Below the pieces are notes generated by a model. It made no database searches and was not told where the DNA came from. It saw only the letters and a list, made by a program, of their open reading frames with translations. Position numbers and translations under genes: made by a program. A stretch of 63,651 nt of DNA, counting the filler, from Hyphochytrium catenoides (lineage: Eukaryota > Protista > Hyphochytriomycota): assembly GCA_900088475.1 (NCBI GenBank). It is 11 parts of 11 records of this genome, joined end to end, with 100 filler letters (N's around TTAATTAATTAA, not from the genome) between each part and the next. Parts side by side here need not be neighbours in the genome. Positions count along the whole stretch, not along the records: positions 1 to 21,572 come from FLMG01002296.1; positions 21,673 to 42,837 come from FLMG01001382.1; 9 more parts are not named here. One strand, given 5' to 3'. Positions 12,681 through 23,852 of this stretch are shown here, piece by piece. Numbering within the stretch: the first letter of the stretch is position 1; each line of letters opens with the position of its first letter.

Positions 12681-12869
12681 TATAAATAATAGAGCAAAGT
12701 ATGTGGCAGCAACTAGCAACTGAAGACACCAAGACCTAGTGACGTCCCTCTAAGAGGCAGAAGGCCATGACTCTTCTCAACCTCAACCTCTCTGTCTTCT
12801 TCTCTAAGACACTCTGTCTGTCCGGCGCTTACGGCCATATTAGGCTGGATCCCCTCCGCAGAAACGTAG

Positions 12870-14046
12870 CTATGCTTTTGACGAATGTTGGGTCTTTCCT
12901 TGCTTCTTGGCCTTCTTATTGGAAGGAGGATGGGCTATTGAGTGTGGCTGTGGCTCATTGTCTCCCTCTTTTTCCACTTCTTGACCCTTCGCCGCATCTT
13001 TTGACTTCCGCCTCTTGCCGTTGCTGGGGTTAAGTCTGGACTTTCCGGTCCCTTCCTTCCCCACCTTCTTCTCTGCACCGCTACGCGTTTTTCCTGTCGA
13101 GACAGATTTTTCTGCTTTCTCTACTCCGCCTACGTCCTCAGAAGCTTCTTCAGACTCTCTTGGACGCTTACGTTTCCTCTTGATTGTTCCATCGGCCGCG
13201 TTCCCTTGCTTTTTGTCCTGAATCCTTTTCCTCTCCACCCTCTTCTGTCGCTTCCGCTGATTTTTCTCTCGCTTGGCTTGAATCTGTGCAAGAGCATAAC
13301 CCATGCTGAGTCTTCGGAGAGCGGGAAGATCAGAGGCATAAAATTCCTTACCATCTCTGGGGTCCAGTCCGCTTTCTTCTGGCGCAGAAAGGCCTTGCGA
13401 TGTTTCTATTGAAGAAGAAAGAGAGAGGGAGGAGGTTTCATTGTGAAGAGGTGGACATCTAGTGCAAAGACATTAGAAGAGCTTGTCACCTGCCCCTTCA
13501 AATGGGAAGCTACGGAGGATTCCGCCTTCATTACGGCCTTGGGACAGATCTTGCACTTGAACTCCACCTTGCCGTCTCCCATGATTTCTCTTGATATGTC
13601 TCCTAAAGGACCTTTCCGCAGCTCTGCTGCCAGAGCTTCATCATCGTCAGAAAGTCCACCTTCCTCCAGTTCTTCGTCTCCTTCTGTTTATTGGATAGTA
13701 TACACTTAAAGCCCACGCTGTTGCCATTTAGAGAAGGTTTTCAAGCAATACCTGTGGGGCTTGAAAGGTCAGAGTCATCCTCTGCGCCTAGCCTCTTAGC
13801 GAAGGGCTTCTCAGGCTGGCTCCCGTCACTATCATCATCGCTTTCACTTTCACTTTGGCCGTCGTTGCGATACTTTGAGAAAAGAGTCTCGAAACGGGCA
13901 GAGCTTCTGGTCTTTTTAGGCCCGCCGGCATGAACTAGATTCGTCCTCGCAGTAGAGTTATCTTCTTCTTCCTCTTCCTCCTCTTCACTGGAGTCACTCA
14001 CCCCGCCATGCAGAAGTTCTTTTTCTAAATATCGGAACTTTGACAT
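12870..14046 (-). CDS. Acidic/basic nuclear protein with a matrin/U1-type C2H2 zinc finger (4 exons)
   Basis: In-frame splicing gives FKCKICPKAVMKAESSVASHLKGQ|KHRK (CX2CX13HX5H), an acidic N-terminus and a K/R-rich C-terminus. Confidence 0.7.
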
Positions 14047-14911
14047 AGCTCTCAACGGAGGGCTGCTGATTGAGCTGTCTGCTAAGAGAAATTTGCTCTG
14101 GACAAAGCACTCTGAAGACCAACAGCAGCTTCTTTCTGCGTGGATAAATCAGCCCTAAACGGGTGACGCTTCTAGGGTGATGTACAGCAGTCAACGACGG
14201 CCGTATTCCTCTAAACGCCTTGATACAATGTGCCTGCGGATGCAGACTTCAGTTAATGATGCTAAGAAGATCAAGGCTCGAGAAGCATCTATATTGACGC
14301 CAAGGGAGACGATAGCGATAGCAAATCTTCATCTGCGTCTGCAGTAGATTGCGCTTTTTGGAGCTTTTGGAAGGTGGATTCTGATCTTCACTTGCGGCCA
14401 GTCCTCCAGATGAACCCCTGGACTCTACGACAAACACCAGAACAAACAAACCTCGGACACTACAGAGCTCCCCCACGATCCCGGAAGACGATGAGAGCTC
14501 TTGAGAAAATGAAGATCCGATGTCAGAGAGAAAGCTCGATGATCCGATGATCCGACGATCGCGTCAAGTCATTGACTATGTACGCTGCTTTGTAAGAGGG
14601 CAGCCATTGGCCCCAGCAAGAGTGCGTCAGTGCAGCAGCAATGCAAGACGATTGACAGGAAGACGATTGACAGGAAAGCTCTGGACTTTGGCCGGTGTAA
14701 TCCGCTATAATTGCAGCATTGATGCCACAGAGGGAAAATGCATTTGATCCCGAATTACTCGTCTCTTGATGTGCCACTAGGGACCAAAGCCAGTTCATAA
14801 GCATCTCCTTCTTCGTAGATATCAATGACATTCGTAGAGCGCGGATAAGGCGCCCTTAGTGACGCAGTGTGGAGCAAAGAGATTGGCGACGTGAGCGTCT
14901 GCGCTTGAAGA

Positions 14912-16995
14912 ATGAGTTCCATTCTCCGCCAGCTTGAGGAAGAACAAGACAAAGTAGAAGCCGACAGGGGCTACAACTGGGAGCAGGGCTTCGAACGCAG
15001 CTGGGAGAACATTGCAGAGGATGAGCATGGGCTCCTGCGGCCCGTTGAGACGGCCCAACGCCAGCGCCAGAAGCGGAGGTAAGTGCCCTAACATCAACAG
15101 TCTATGGCTCTTGAGGTCTCACCCGGCCCTTACAGCCGGTACTTACAAGCACCGCGAGCTGTGCAAAAAGGGATGATACGCTACCTCTACCTGATCCTAG
15201 ACCTATCCCGTGGACTCGAGGATAACGATTTCAAGCCTAACCGCCAGACTGCTGTGCTTAACCTCGCTGAGGTCAGGGTTGGATTGTGCAAGCACGAAAG
15301 GGACACCAGCCCCGCCCCTTACTGATGATTCTCTTTCTGTACATTCGACTCTACATGTCTCCGATCAATCTCTCCTGCCCTGTGGAGGTCCATGTGTCTC
15401 CTCTTCTGTTCCTTTCCTTAGCGTTAATCCGCTATCTCTTCCCTTAAATACTGCGATGTCAGGAGTTTATCACGAACTATTTTGACCAGAACCCGCTGTC
15501 CAATCTTGGCATCATCGTCACGCGAAATGGCAAGGCAGAGAAGCTTACAGATCTCTCGGGGAATCCGAAGAGGCAGGTTGAGGTCAGTCTTGTCCCTACG
15601 AACATCGTTGGAAGCAATTGTTCTGACGAAGAGTTGGCTGCTGACAGGCCCTAAAGGCAAACTTTAGTTTGGGCGGCGATCCCTCCATCCAGAACGCCCT
15701 GGAGTTGGCGCGAATCTCCTTGAAAGTGATCCCTGCGTATGGAAACTGCGAGGTAAGTGAGACAAACAGCCCAAAGAAGCTAGCAACTCTGAAATGATCA
15801 TGACTGAACATTCCGTGCAAGCCGTTATGCTATGCCTTGTCCTCTGACGCCTCCTCTCTTACTCTCTGTCTTGGCTCGTGCGTTATTATGGCCTCCTCAT
15901 GCAGATTGTGATGGTGTACGGCAGTTTGTCCACCTCTGACCCTGGTGACATTCATACTACGATCGACGCTCTGAAAGCCGAGGTACGTCAAAAGAGAGGT
16001 TCTGTCTCGTTCACTCTCTGTCTCTTTGGCCCTTTTATCTTGACCGTCACTCAAGGGTTTCTCTCTCTCTGGCACTCCAAGAAAGTTCGCTGTTCAGTTG
16101 TTGGGCTGGGTGCAGAGCTCTATATACTTCACAAGGTCACCAAGGTGAGAGGCCGATAAACCGTCAACCAACCTGGGCACTCTACTTTTAACTTGATTCG
16201 CTAGACGACTCGCATGGCATTGTACTCTCTTCCGTCTTCGTCCTACAATTTTTGTCCTCGATTGTCCTTTCTGACTTTCAAGAATGTTAATCTATGAGTT
16301 TTCTTCCGGCCGTGGCTGACGAAATCCTCTTCAACTGGTCTTCAGGAAACTGGTGGTGCCTACCACGTAGCCCAGGACCGGGATCACCTGCATGAGATAA
16401 TGAAAGGCTTTCTCGTCCCACCGCCAAAGGCATCAAAGTCAGCGGTAACGTTTGCCTCATTAGTGCAGGTAAGACCTAGAGCTCCAACCTCTATTGGTAG
16501 ACCTTGCCTTTCGATCACTAACGCCAACCTGGCTCTAGATGGGATTTCCTCAAAAGAGGGTCGAAAAGAACCCCTCGCTCTGTATCTGTCATCAGGAGTT
16601 CAAGACCGTTGGCTATCTCTGTCCTCGCTGCTGGTCGAGAGTCTGTGAGCTGCCGACCTCCTGTTCCATCTGCAATCTTCCGCTGGTACGTGTTCCATTT
16701 CTTTATAGACCCTTTGCCTTGTCTACCACCTTCCTCACCCTCTTTGTCTTGGACTGTTGGGCCACAGGTGTCATCTCCCCAGCTAGCGCGTTCCTATCAC
16801 CATTTGTTCCCTGTAGACTTCTTCGTAGAGAAGAGCTCGAAGGAAAGAGAAACGTGCTTCAGCTGTCTGAGGATAATTGCCGACGGAGACGTTCGCGCCA
16901 GTTGCCCCACTTGCTCGCATACTTTCTGCGTAGACTGCGACATCTTTATCCACGAGTCTTTGCACAACTGCCCGGGTTGTCAGGAGAGGATGTGA
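14912..16995 (+). CDS. GTF2H2: TFIIH subunit p44 / Ssl1 (multi-exon)
   Basis: Exons encode GYNWEQGFERSWENIAEDEHG, GMIRYLYLILDLS, EFITNYFDQNPLSNLGII, GDPSIQNALELA, GSLSTSDPGDI, MGFP, GYLCPRC, VSSPQLARSYHHLFP and the C-terminal C..C...CDIFIHESLHNCPGC finger. Confidence 0.97.
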
Positions 16996-17247
16996 TCTTT
17001 AGTTTCTCATTCCAACAGCCTCTTTGGCAGTGATCAAGGAGCTGGGCGAGTGCCCAACAGGCTCAGACTGTGCCCGTTTTTAGACAACAGACACGCATGC
17101 CTGTTTTTAGACAACACGGAAGTCGAAGTTTCCTATCTGAGAGCGCGGACCCCTTTTCTAGTGAGTGAGCTCTGGCCTAGAACGCCATGACAAAAAGATA
17201 CTCTATGGTTAACTTATGGTACAAATACACGGCATATGCAGCCCCGT

Positions 17248-18231
17248 TTACGCTGCTTTAGAGTATTTGCTCGACCGAGAGGATGCTGGAGGACTCGCTG
17301 AGGCTTTGCTGGTTTTATACTTATTGATCTGGGGCTTGAAAGTGCATTCCATCAGCTCACGCTCCTGCCTCATACGGGCGAGCCGCTCTTCTCTTCGCTT
17401 GAGATAGTCTGCCTGATAGAGTCTACTGGACGCCAAGGACATGTCTGTTCGCACTGTGAAGGTAGACTCCATGCTTTCAATAGAGTCTGAACGTCGTATG
17501 CGCCGGCCGCCTGTGGGAGGCTCTTTAATGACAGGCTTGAACGAGCACTCCTCAAGCTCTCTCTGTCGCTTCATCTCCTCCAGCCTTTCTCTCCGCTTTT
17601 GAACGTACTTGGGATCGTAGAGTCGTGAGGAAGTGGCTGAGGTTCCCATCTCTGTGCAAACGGATAGCCGAGAACGGGGCCCCCGCTTTGGTGGCGGAGT
17701 GCTGTCTACGGCAAAGTTCGCAAGGTTCTCTTCCGTCAAGCGACCAAAGCTCTTACGTGGCTCGGACTTAGCAGGAGCCGAGCTGGGTGCAGGTGCAGCT
17801 CTCCGACTCTGACGGAGTGGCGTCGATGGGTCTTCTCGGCGGCCAGGTGTGCGAGAAGAGGAGCTCGTCATGGTCGGGGCTGAAGAATGCTTTCGGACGC
17901 CTGTGCTAGGGCTGCTTCTTGATACAGGAGAGCGGCTCGGTGTGCCGCGAGAGGAAGTAGAGGGAAGCTTGCTATGCGTTTGAGAGGAAGAGGGCACACT
18001 GCGGGTGGAGCGCTGGGGTGATGGGGAAGGTCCTAAGTCTTGGGTGGACCCGGACGGCGAGCTCTCAGGAGTGTGCCTTCCACGAGAAGAGGTGTGCTTC
18101 TGCAGTCGGTTCTTGATGTCCTTCATGTCCAAACGCAGCGAGTTCAGCTTCTCCCAGATGCCGTCTGTCGTCCGCCTGTGGGGCGATGAGCCATCCAACG
18201 TAAACTCTGGAGGTCTGCTAAGAGTCTCCAT
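17248..18231 (-). CDS. Ser/Arg/Pro-rich protein with two 'SRLY...REL.EC[S/T]FKP.I' repeats (protist cytoskeleton-associated type)
   Basis: Single ORF with a probable ATG at 18231. The duplicated motif reads SSRLYDPKY...RELEECSFKPVIK and SSRLYQADY...RELMECTFKPQIN. Confidence 0.65.
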   Translation of the reverse strand: METLSRPPEFTLDGSSPHRRTTDGIWEKLNSLRLDMKDIKNRLQKHTSSRGRHTPESSPSGSTQDLGPSPSPQRSTRSVPSSSQTHSKLPSTSSRGTPSRSPVSRSSPSTGVRKHSSAPTMTSSSSRTPGRREDPSTPLRQSRRAAPAPSSAPAKSEPRKSFGRLTEENLANFAVDSTPPPKRGPRSRLSVCTEMGTSATSSRLYDPKYVQKRRERLEEMKRQRELEECSFKPVIKEPPTGGRRIRRSDSIESMESTFTVRTDMSLASSRLYQADYLKRREERLARMRQERELMECTFKPQINKYKTSKASASPPASSRSSKYSKAA

Positions 18232-19398
18232 AGCTTTGTAAGATATGGACAATAGGTTCACGCTTGAGATGGGCCTTGCGAAGCTTTGAAACCTCCGGAA
18301 ACAGTGACCAATCCCCTTGGCTGACGCTAAGGTTGAGCCGCAAACCACAAAGTAGGCAAAGGCCCAAGATTGCAGATTAGGAGCGTCCTCGCTTCAAACA
18401 GAGAGGGCTCTTTTAGGAGTGGATAATAGATGGAGAAGAGAGGTGGTACCAAGCCGCTTTGCTGCTCTATTATCTGAGAGAGACAGACAGAGAGTGAAAG
18501 AGAGTGATTGACAGAGAGAGAGAAAGAGAGAGAGAGAGAGAGGAGCTGGGAGGAGAGACTGCAGCAAGGGCTGTGATTAGTTTGAGCTTCTATCATCGAG
18601 AGCGCGCCTTCCTTGGAAATATAGAGATTCAATGAGAAATGGATCAGCGCGGAAGCTTCAGAAGAGAGTTCATCAGTGCATCAGAATATTCGTATCGAAC
18701 GCACATAATAGTAATAGTCCTGAGTCTTGAGGATATTGAACCCTTCTCAGAGGCAGTAATAATGCGTCTTAGTACTAGCGGTTAACGGCTGTTTAGAGGC
18801 AGCGCCACTGCTCGGTCATGTGAAGAAGATGTAGCTGGAGATGTGCCGCCGTCCTGTCCGGCTGTCCCGCTCATGGTCTCAGGTCTCAGGCGCTGCTCCT
18901 CTGGGTGTGGTCGTGGCTTAGCGTTGCCTGCTGGCTGCTGGTGCTCGGCGTAGCTCTTGGCGTCTCCGTCAGCAGTCCTTCGAAGATGTTACAGGGCGTT
19001 GTCGCGCCTCGATTTGGAGGAAGGGTGTGGGATGTCAACCAGGAGATACGAGCATCACAATTGTACGATTGTTGTCGCAAGGACGTTGTTTGTTTGGTGG
19101 TAGCGAGAGGATGTTCTGGGTGGCTGCTGCCGTGCAGAAGAAGGGTGAAAAAGGTGGTCTGAACCAGCAAGGAGAATGTTGAAGAGTGTGCCGAGGAAGA
19201 AGGAAATAAGAAAAACAAGCCACCTCTATGAGACGAAATTTATCTAGCTACCAGGCGTCGTAACAGGGCGCCCTTTCTTTTCTTATTCACCAAGTCTTCC
19301 TTCAGTCACCCAGAGGCGACATTCTAGAGACTCTACTATTCATTGCAAGAGCTACCTAGCACGATGAGAACGGAGAGATGATGGCGGATGCTGCCGCC

Positions 19399-20906
19399 GT
19401 AAGTGTGCTGTAGTAGTAGTTGTTGCCCTGCGCCTTATCCAGCACTGTCTACTGTGCTGGCTGTAAGGCAAAGGACTGGCTACTGCTGAAGCTCCTGACG
19501 ACGGAAGGCTGGCAGCGATGCAACTTAGTAAGAGCTGTGAGAACTATGTGTGCCCTGGTAAATGTAGGGGCAAGCCTAGTAGCTGGACCCTTCAGCAGTA
19601 GCCACTCCTTTGCCTTACAGCCAGCAGCACCAGTAGACAGTGCTGGATAAGGCGCAGGGCAACAACTACTACTACAGCACACTTACATTCTCCTCCTTTG
19701 TCCTGTGGCAGCGTTGTCCAGTACTGGTGCCCTTTCATCCTATGCCACCTTGTCCAAGGGGCAAGACTGCTGCTGCAGGTGCCAGGCCTAATCCATCCCG
19801 ATGCTTGATGAAGGCAGGGCGTGGCAGGGCCTTTGTGAGAGTGTCTGCGACCATCCCATCCGTGCGTAGGTACTTCAGTAGAATTGTAGCCTTGGCCACC
19901 TCCTGTCTGGTGAAGTGGTACTTGATAGAGAAGTGTTTTGTGCGCTTGTGGCTTCCGGCACCTTCCTCGGATGCCAGGCGTAGGGCGGATTGGTTGTCTC
20001 ATAGATGAGTGTGGGTTTCTTCGGCTATGCAGATGCGGACCGGGGCAACTCTGTGGATGACTACAAGTCGACCATGGCATATGCCTTCATCGCTGCAAGA
20101 GGTTGTGTGAGTTGGCAATCTAAGAAGCAGAGCCTGGTGGCTCTCTCAAGCACAGAAGCAGAGTATGTTGCACTCTGTGAAGCTGGGAAGCAGTGTGGCT
20201 CAGGAGACTCTCTCGGGATGATCTGCCTACAGGTCATGCCCCCAAAGGCAACCCCACACTCATCTATGAGGACAACCAATCCGCCCTATGCCGGGCATCC
20301 GAGGAAGGTGCCGGAAGCCACAAGCGCACAAAACACTTCTCTATCAAGTACCACTTCACCAGACAGGAGGTGGCCAAGGCTACAATTCTACTGAAGTACC
20401 TACGCACGGATGGGATGGTCGCAGACACTCTCACAAAGGCCCTGCCACGCCCTGCCTTCATCAAGGATCGGGATGGATTAGGCCTGGCACCTGCAGCAGC
20501 AGTCTTGCCCCTTGGACAAGGTGGCATGGGATGAAAGGGCACCAGTGCTGGTCAGCGCTGCCACAGGACAAAGGAGGAGAATGTAAGTGTGCGGTAGTAG
20601 TAGTTGTTGCCCTGCGCCTTATCCAGCACTGTCTACTGGTGGTGCTGGCTGTAAGGCAAAGGACTGGCTACTGCTGAAGCTCCTGACAACGGAAGGCTGG
20701 CAGCGATGCAACTTAGTAAGAGCTGTGAGAACTATGTGTGCCCTTGGTAGGTGTAGGGGCAAGCCTAGTAGTAGGGGCACTGCAGCAGTAGCCAGTCCCT
20801 TGTGAGCTAGCCCCTGACTGGGCAGTAGGAAACCTAGCCAGAGTAATAGTCAGTTGTAGAAGATGAACAGTGAGACAGGAGTATCTTCCTACCATTCAGG
20901 GGAACA
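19399..20906 (+). mobile_element. Internally deleted, rearranged Ty1/Copia LTR retrotransposon (partial LTR + inverted RNase H/PPT/LTR copy + RNase H + PPT + LTR)
   Basis: Copia RNase H motifs are GYADAD, VSWQSKKQSLVALSSTEAEYVA, IYEDNQSA, RTKHFSIKYHF and MVADTLTKAL, with one frameshift. The PPT GGACAAAGGAGGAGAA precedes an LTR starting TGTAAG at 20582, with a probable end ...AACA at 20906. Confidence 0.9.
19591..20679. repeat. Long inverted repeat: ~430-bp arms (19591-20017 / ~20250-20679), ~97% identical, ~235-nt spacer
   Basis: Direct reverse-complement comparison. The mirrored ORFs 19592-20080(-) and 20288-20677(+) are near identical. Confidence 0.95.
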
Positions 20907-21423
20907 GGTTGATATGAGTTGTCCAGGTGTCTACAAATAACGAAGTTAATAGTGCTGATATTTCCTGACAGAGATCATTGGATTTCTCTTGAGCTTTGGT
21001 GAACGCTGTATCTACATGAAGTTCTAAGAACGGACACTGGGACTAATCGCCCAAAGGCTGTGCTAAGCAAGAAAGGCTAACAGCCGCACCTCGCCGCCGC
21101 CATTATTGTCGTTTGAACAACAACTAACAGTCCGAAAAACGGGACTAAGGTCGATAAGCGACTAGAGAATTGGCTGACAAGAAAGGGGAAGAAGAACCTC
21201 TTCGCGCGGCCGTTGTCCATCTCGCTTTCCCACTCACGAGCACGACTGCAAAGCAAAGGGAGGAAGGGAGGAGGCGAAGGACAGGGGAGTCATTTGAAAG
21301 TTCAATACTGTTGCTATCGTTATCTCAACGCAAAGCAGTAAAGAAAATTTTTCGGGTTCTTCGGCATTAGGTAAAGAGAAGTAGAGTTGGACTGAACGAA
21401 GGCCTTCTGCAGAATCTTGGTCA

Positions 21424-21572
21424 CTACTGTCCCATGCTTGTCGGCAGTGTAAAGGAGTTTGGGATAGGTAGAGGCTTCAAGGAGGTAATTACTTCGTCGA
21501 AGGTCGGGCGCTCAGCTGGGACTGCATTCCAACAACGCTGAACTAGCTTCTGCAGCTCTGCCGTCGTCCTAT
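21424..21572 (-). CDS. C-terminal exon of a TKL-group protein kinase (rest lost in gap)
   Basis: TTAELQKLVQRCWNAVPAERPTFDEVITSL matches kinase subdomain XI (CW..P..RP.F). Stop TAG at 21424-21426. Confidence 0.75.
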
Positions 21573-21672
21573 NNNNNNNNNNNNNNNNNNNNNNNNNNNN
21601 NNNNNNNNNNNNNNNNTTAATTAATTAANNNNNNNNNNNNNNNNNNNNNNNNNNNNNNNNNNNNNNNNNNNN
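21573..21672. other. Artificial contig linker N44-TTAATTAATTAA-N44 (others at 42882, 44265, 45853, 48863, 50614, 52258, 58508, 59790, 62139)
   Basis: The same 12-mer, with stops in all six frames, is centred in 100-nt N blocks ten times. Confidence 0.97.
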
Positions 21673-23852
21673 AGAGAGAGAGAAAGAAGAGAAGAGCAGC
21701 GCCTTTGTAGCCAAAAGACACCAAAAAATAGAGGAACTTTCCGGATCTTTCTCTCTCTCCTCTGTCTCTCTCTCTTCTCCCGTCTTGACAACTGTACACA
21801 AGGTGGCTCCTTGTCCCCTTCAGTGGTTTCCTTAGACCAATGTTAGGGCCTGGGCTGTACATAGCGCGTGCGGGGAGGGGAACCCCGGGACAGACAGGCC
21901 CCCGCACGGTGAATGTTTAGGTAGGATGATATATTAACTCGTATAATAAGCGGGCAAAGCGGCTAATGATAGGGAAGTAAGTCCTCCATAGATGGATCTA
22001 TGATCCAGATAAGAATTACAGTCAAAAATGAGCTCGTCCCACCGTCCATCACATGACACCCGTCCAAGATAATAACTATCAATAGAGGAATATATGGGAC
22101 CCCATTGTGACACATTTTGCGGCGGTGGGCCGAGTGGAAGCAGCTGATTTGGGGGCTTTTTACAGAACAGTTCCAAGGGTTTTGGGGATCTTGGATCTGT
22201 AGGTTGACGGGCTTGCCATTACCCACCCATCCCCTCCTCGAAGTAGGGATAACTCTAGGCCAGCGGGTGGGCTGGTTGGGCTTCAGACTCTGGTAAGCCG
22301 AGAATTGGGACAGTTTGGCTTTGACAAACCCTCCTGTGGGTCCTTGAAGACTCGCCACACTGGCCCTTTTCTGGCCATCTCTCCATACGATCACCACTGC
22401 ACCTCGAATAGTTCTTTAGCTCATCTCCACATTAATAGCTCTTCGTGAATACAAGGCCTAAGCTCCCCCTCTGTTTCGAAGAGGATCCTTCTCTGACTTG
22501 CATTTTGGCACAACTTTGTCTCTCTTTATAAGCAGCCATTGTACTCGTCCTGTCGATTGTGGAGCCGCCGCTTGGGCCCTCACTAGCCTCCACCCTCAGT
22601 AGCCAAATCAAGAAGAAGAGAGCCTGAAGAGATATGCAAAAATAAAGCGATAACCACCTCCCACTGACGAGACAGAGGGACCAGCAAGAGACGATGCTGA
22701 CCAGACGACGCAGCAGCTGATGGGTCCAAACCTTGTCCGCCCACACCTGGTCTACGACGCCAAAGCAAGCTTTACCTTTTACCTTATCATACACCGCTTT
22801 TTCCCCTTACATACAGGAGTAATGTAGCTATCAGTCTGAAGATATGCCGCATGTCGGTATTTCGGTGTTCATTGGCCATGAGGTGGCCCCTGTCCGCCAT
22901 TGAATTCTCTCCTCTGTCGCTTGCCGTCTTCTTGCACTTTTGAAATCCAGACGTGAGGCGTCCAAATCCTTCGCCGCTTGTGGTGCTTGGAGCTTCCAGG
23001 CCGCCCTTATCCGACCCTCGGCGCCCTTTGTTGCTCCACTTCCTCGTTATCCCGCCATCCTCCTCACTGTTCTGTCTTCCTCGTCGCTTTGGACCCATAG
23101 GAATAGGACAGGCCTCAACAGACAGGAGGACACAAAAAGCTTGAGCTCTAAAAGTATGCGGCATGAGAAGAAAGGAAGAGAGCTGTGCGTCAGCCAGAGA
23201 AGGGACCTGCTGAGTGATGCGGTGAAGGTCAAGAAGGAACAGGCACCAGCCGCGAGACGAAGAGAAGCCAAGGGAGCGCCGTGTCTTATGTTCCAAACCA
23301 GGGGAGCAGCAGCAGTGTTTTTATTAGTGGGAGTAGTGGGTACAAGGCACGGAGGAAGGCGAGATTCTTCTTGAGTGCACTCACTCTTGAGACATCAGCT
23401 GCTTCTCTGTTCTTCCTGGCCCGCAAGCGCAAGCGGCGCAACTTGATAGCCACCTCTGAGCCATTGCAGAGCTCCAGTCAGATCCTCTTTCTGCTTGTCT
23501 TTCTCTTCTGCAGTCCTTTCGGCATCTTCTCGCTTTCTACAAGCAAAGATTCGATTGCTCAGTCGTGCTGTCTCCTCTTTATAGGCAATGAAGTTATCGT
23601 TGGTTTGCGCTGGTGCTGAACTCTGAACGAGGCTCCTCATCACCACTTCTCGGATTTTCTAATAGAAGGAGATTCTCCTCCATGCTACCTTCTCCTATCG
23701 CTATCTGTCTGCTCCGTTGAGACTTCCATAAATAAGCTCTCTCTCTTTCAAGCTCTTCAGATCCTCCATTTTCCCCATTCTGCTATTCCGGAAGGCGGCC
23801 TCTACGTTCTGGTTCTTGGAGAGGGGTGGCCGCTCCAACATCGCCTGGTCCG

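Noticed and set aside
21934-22794. Possible transposase, His-Me endonuclease or Fanzor remnant
   Set aside because: No complete catalytic or zinc motif set could be identified in any frame.
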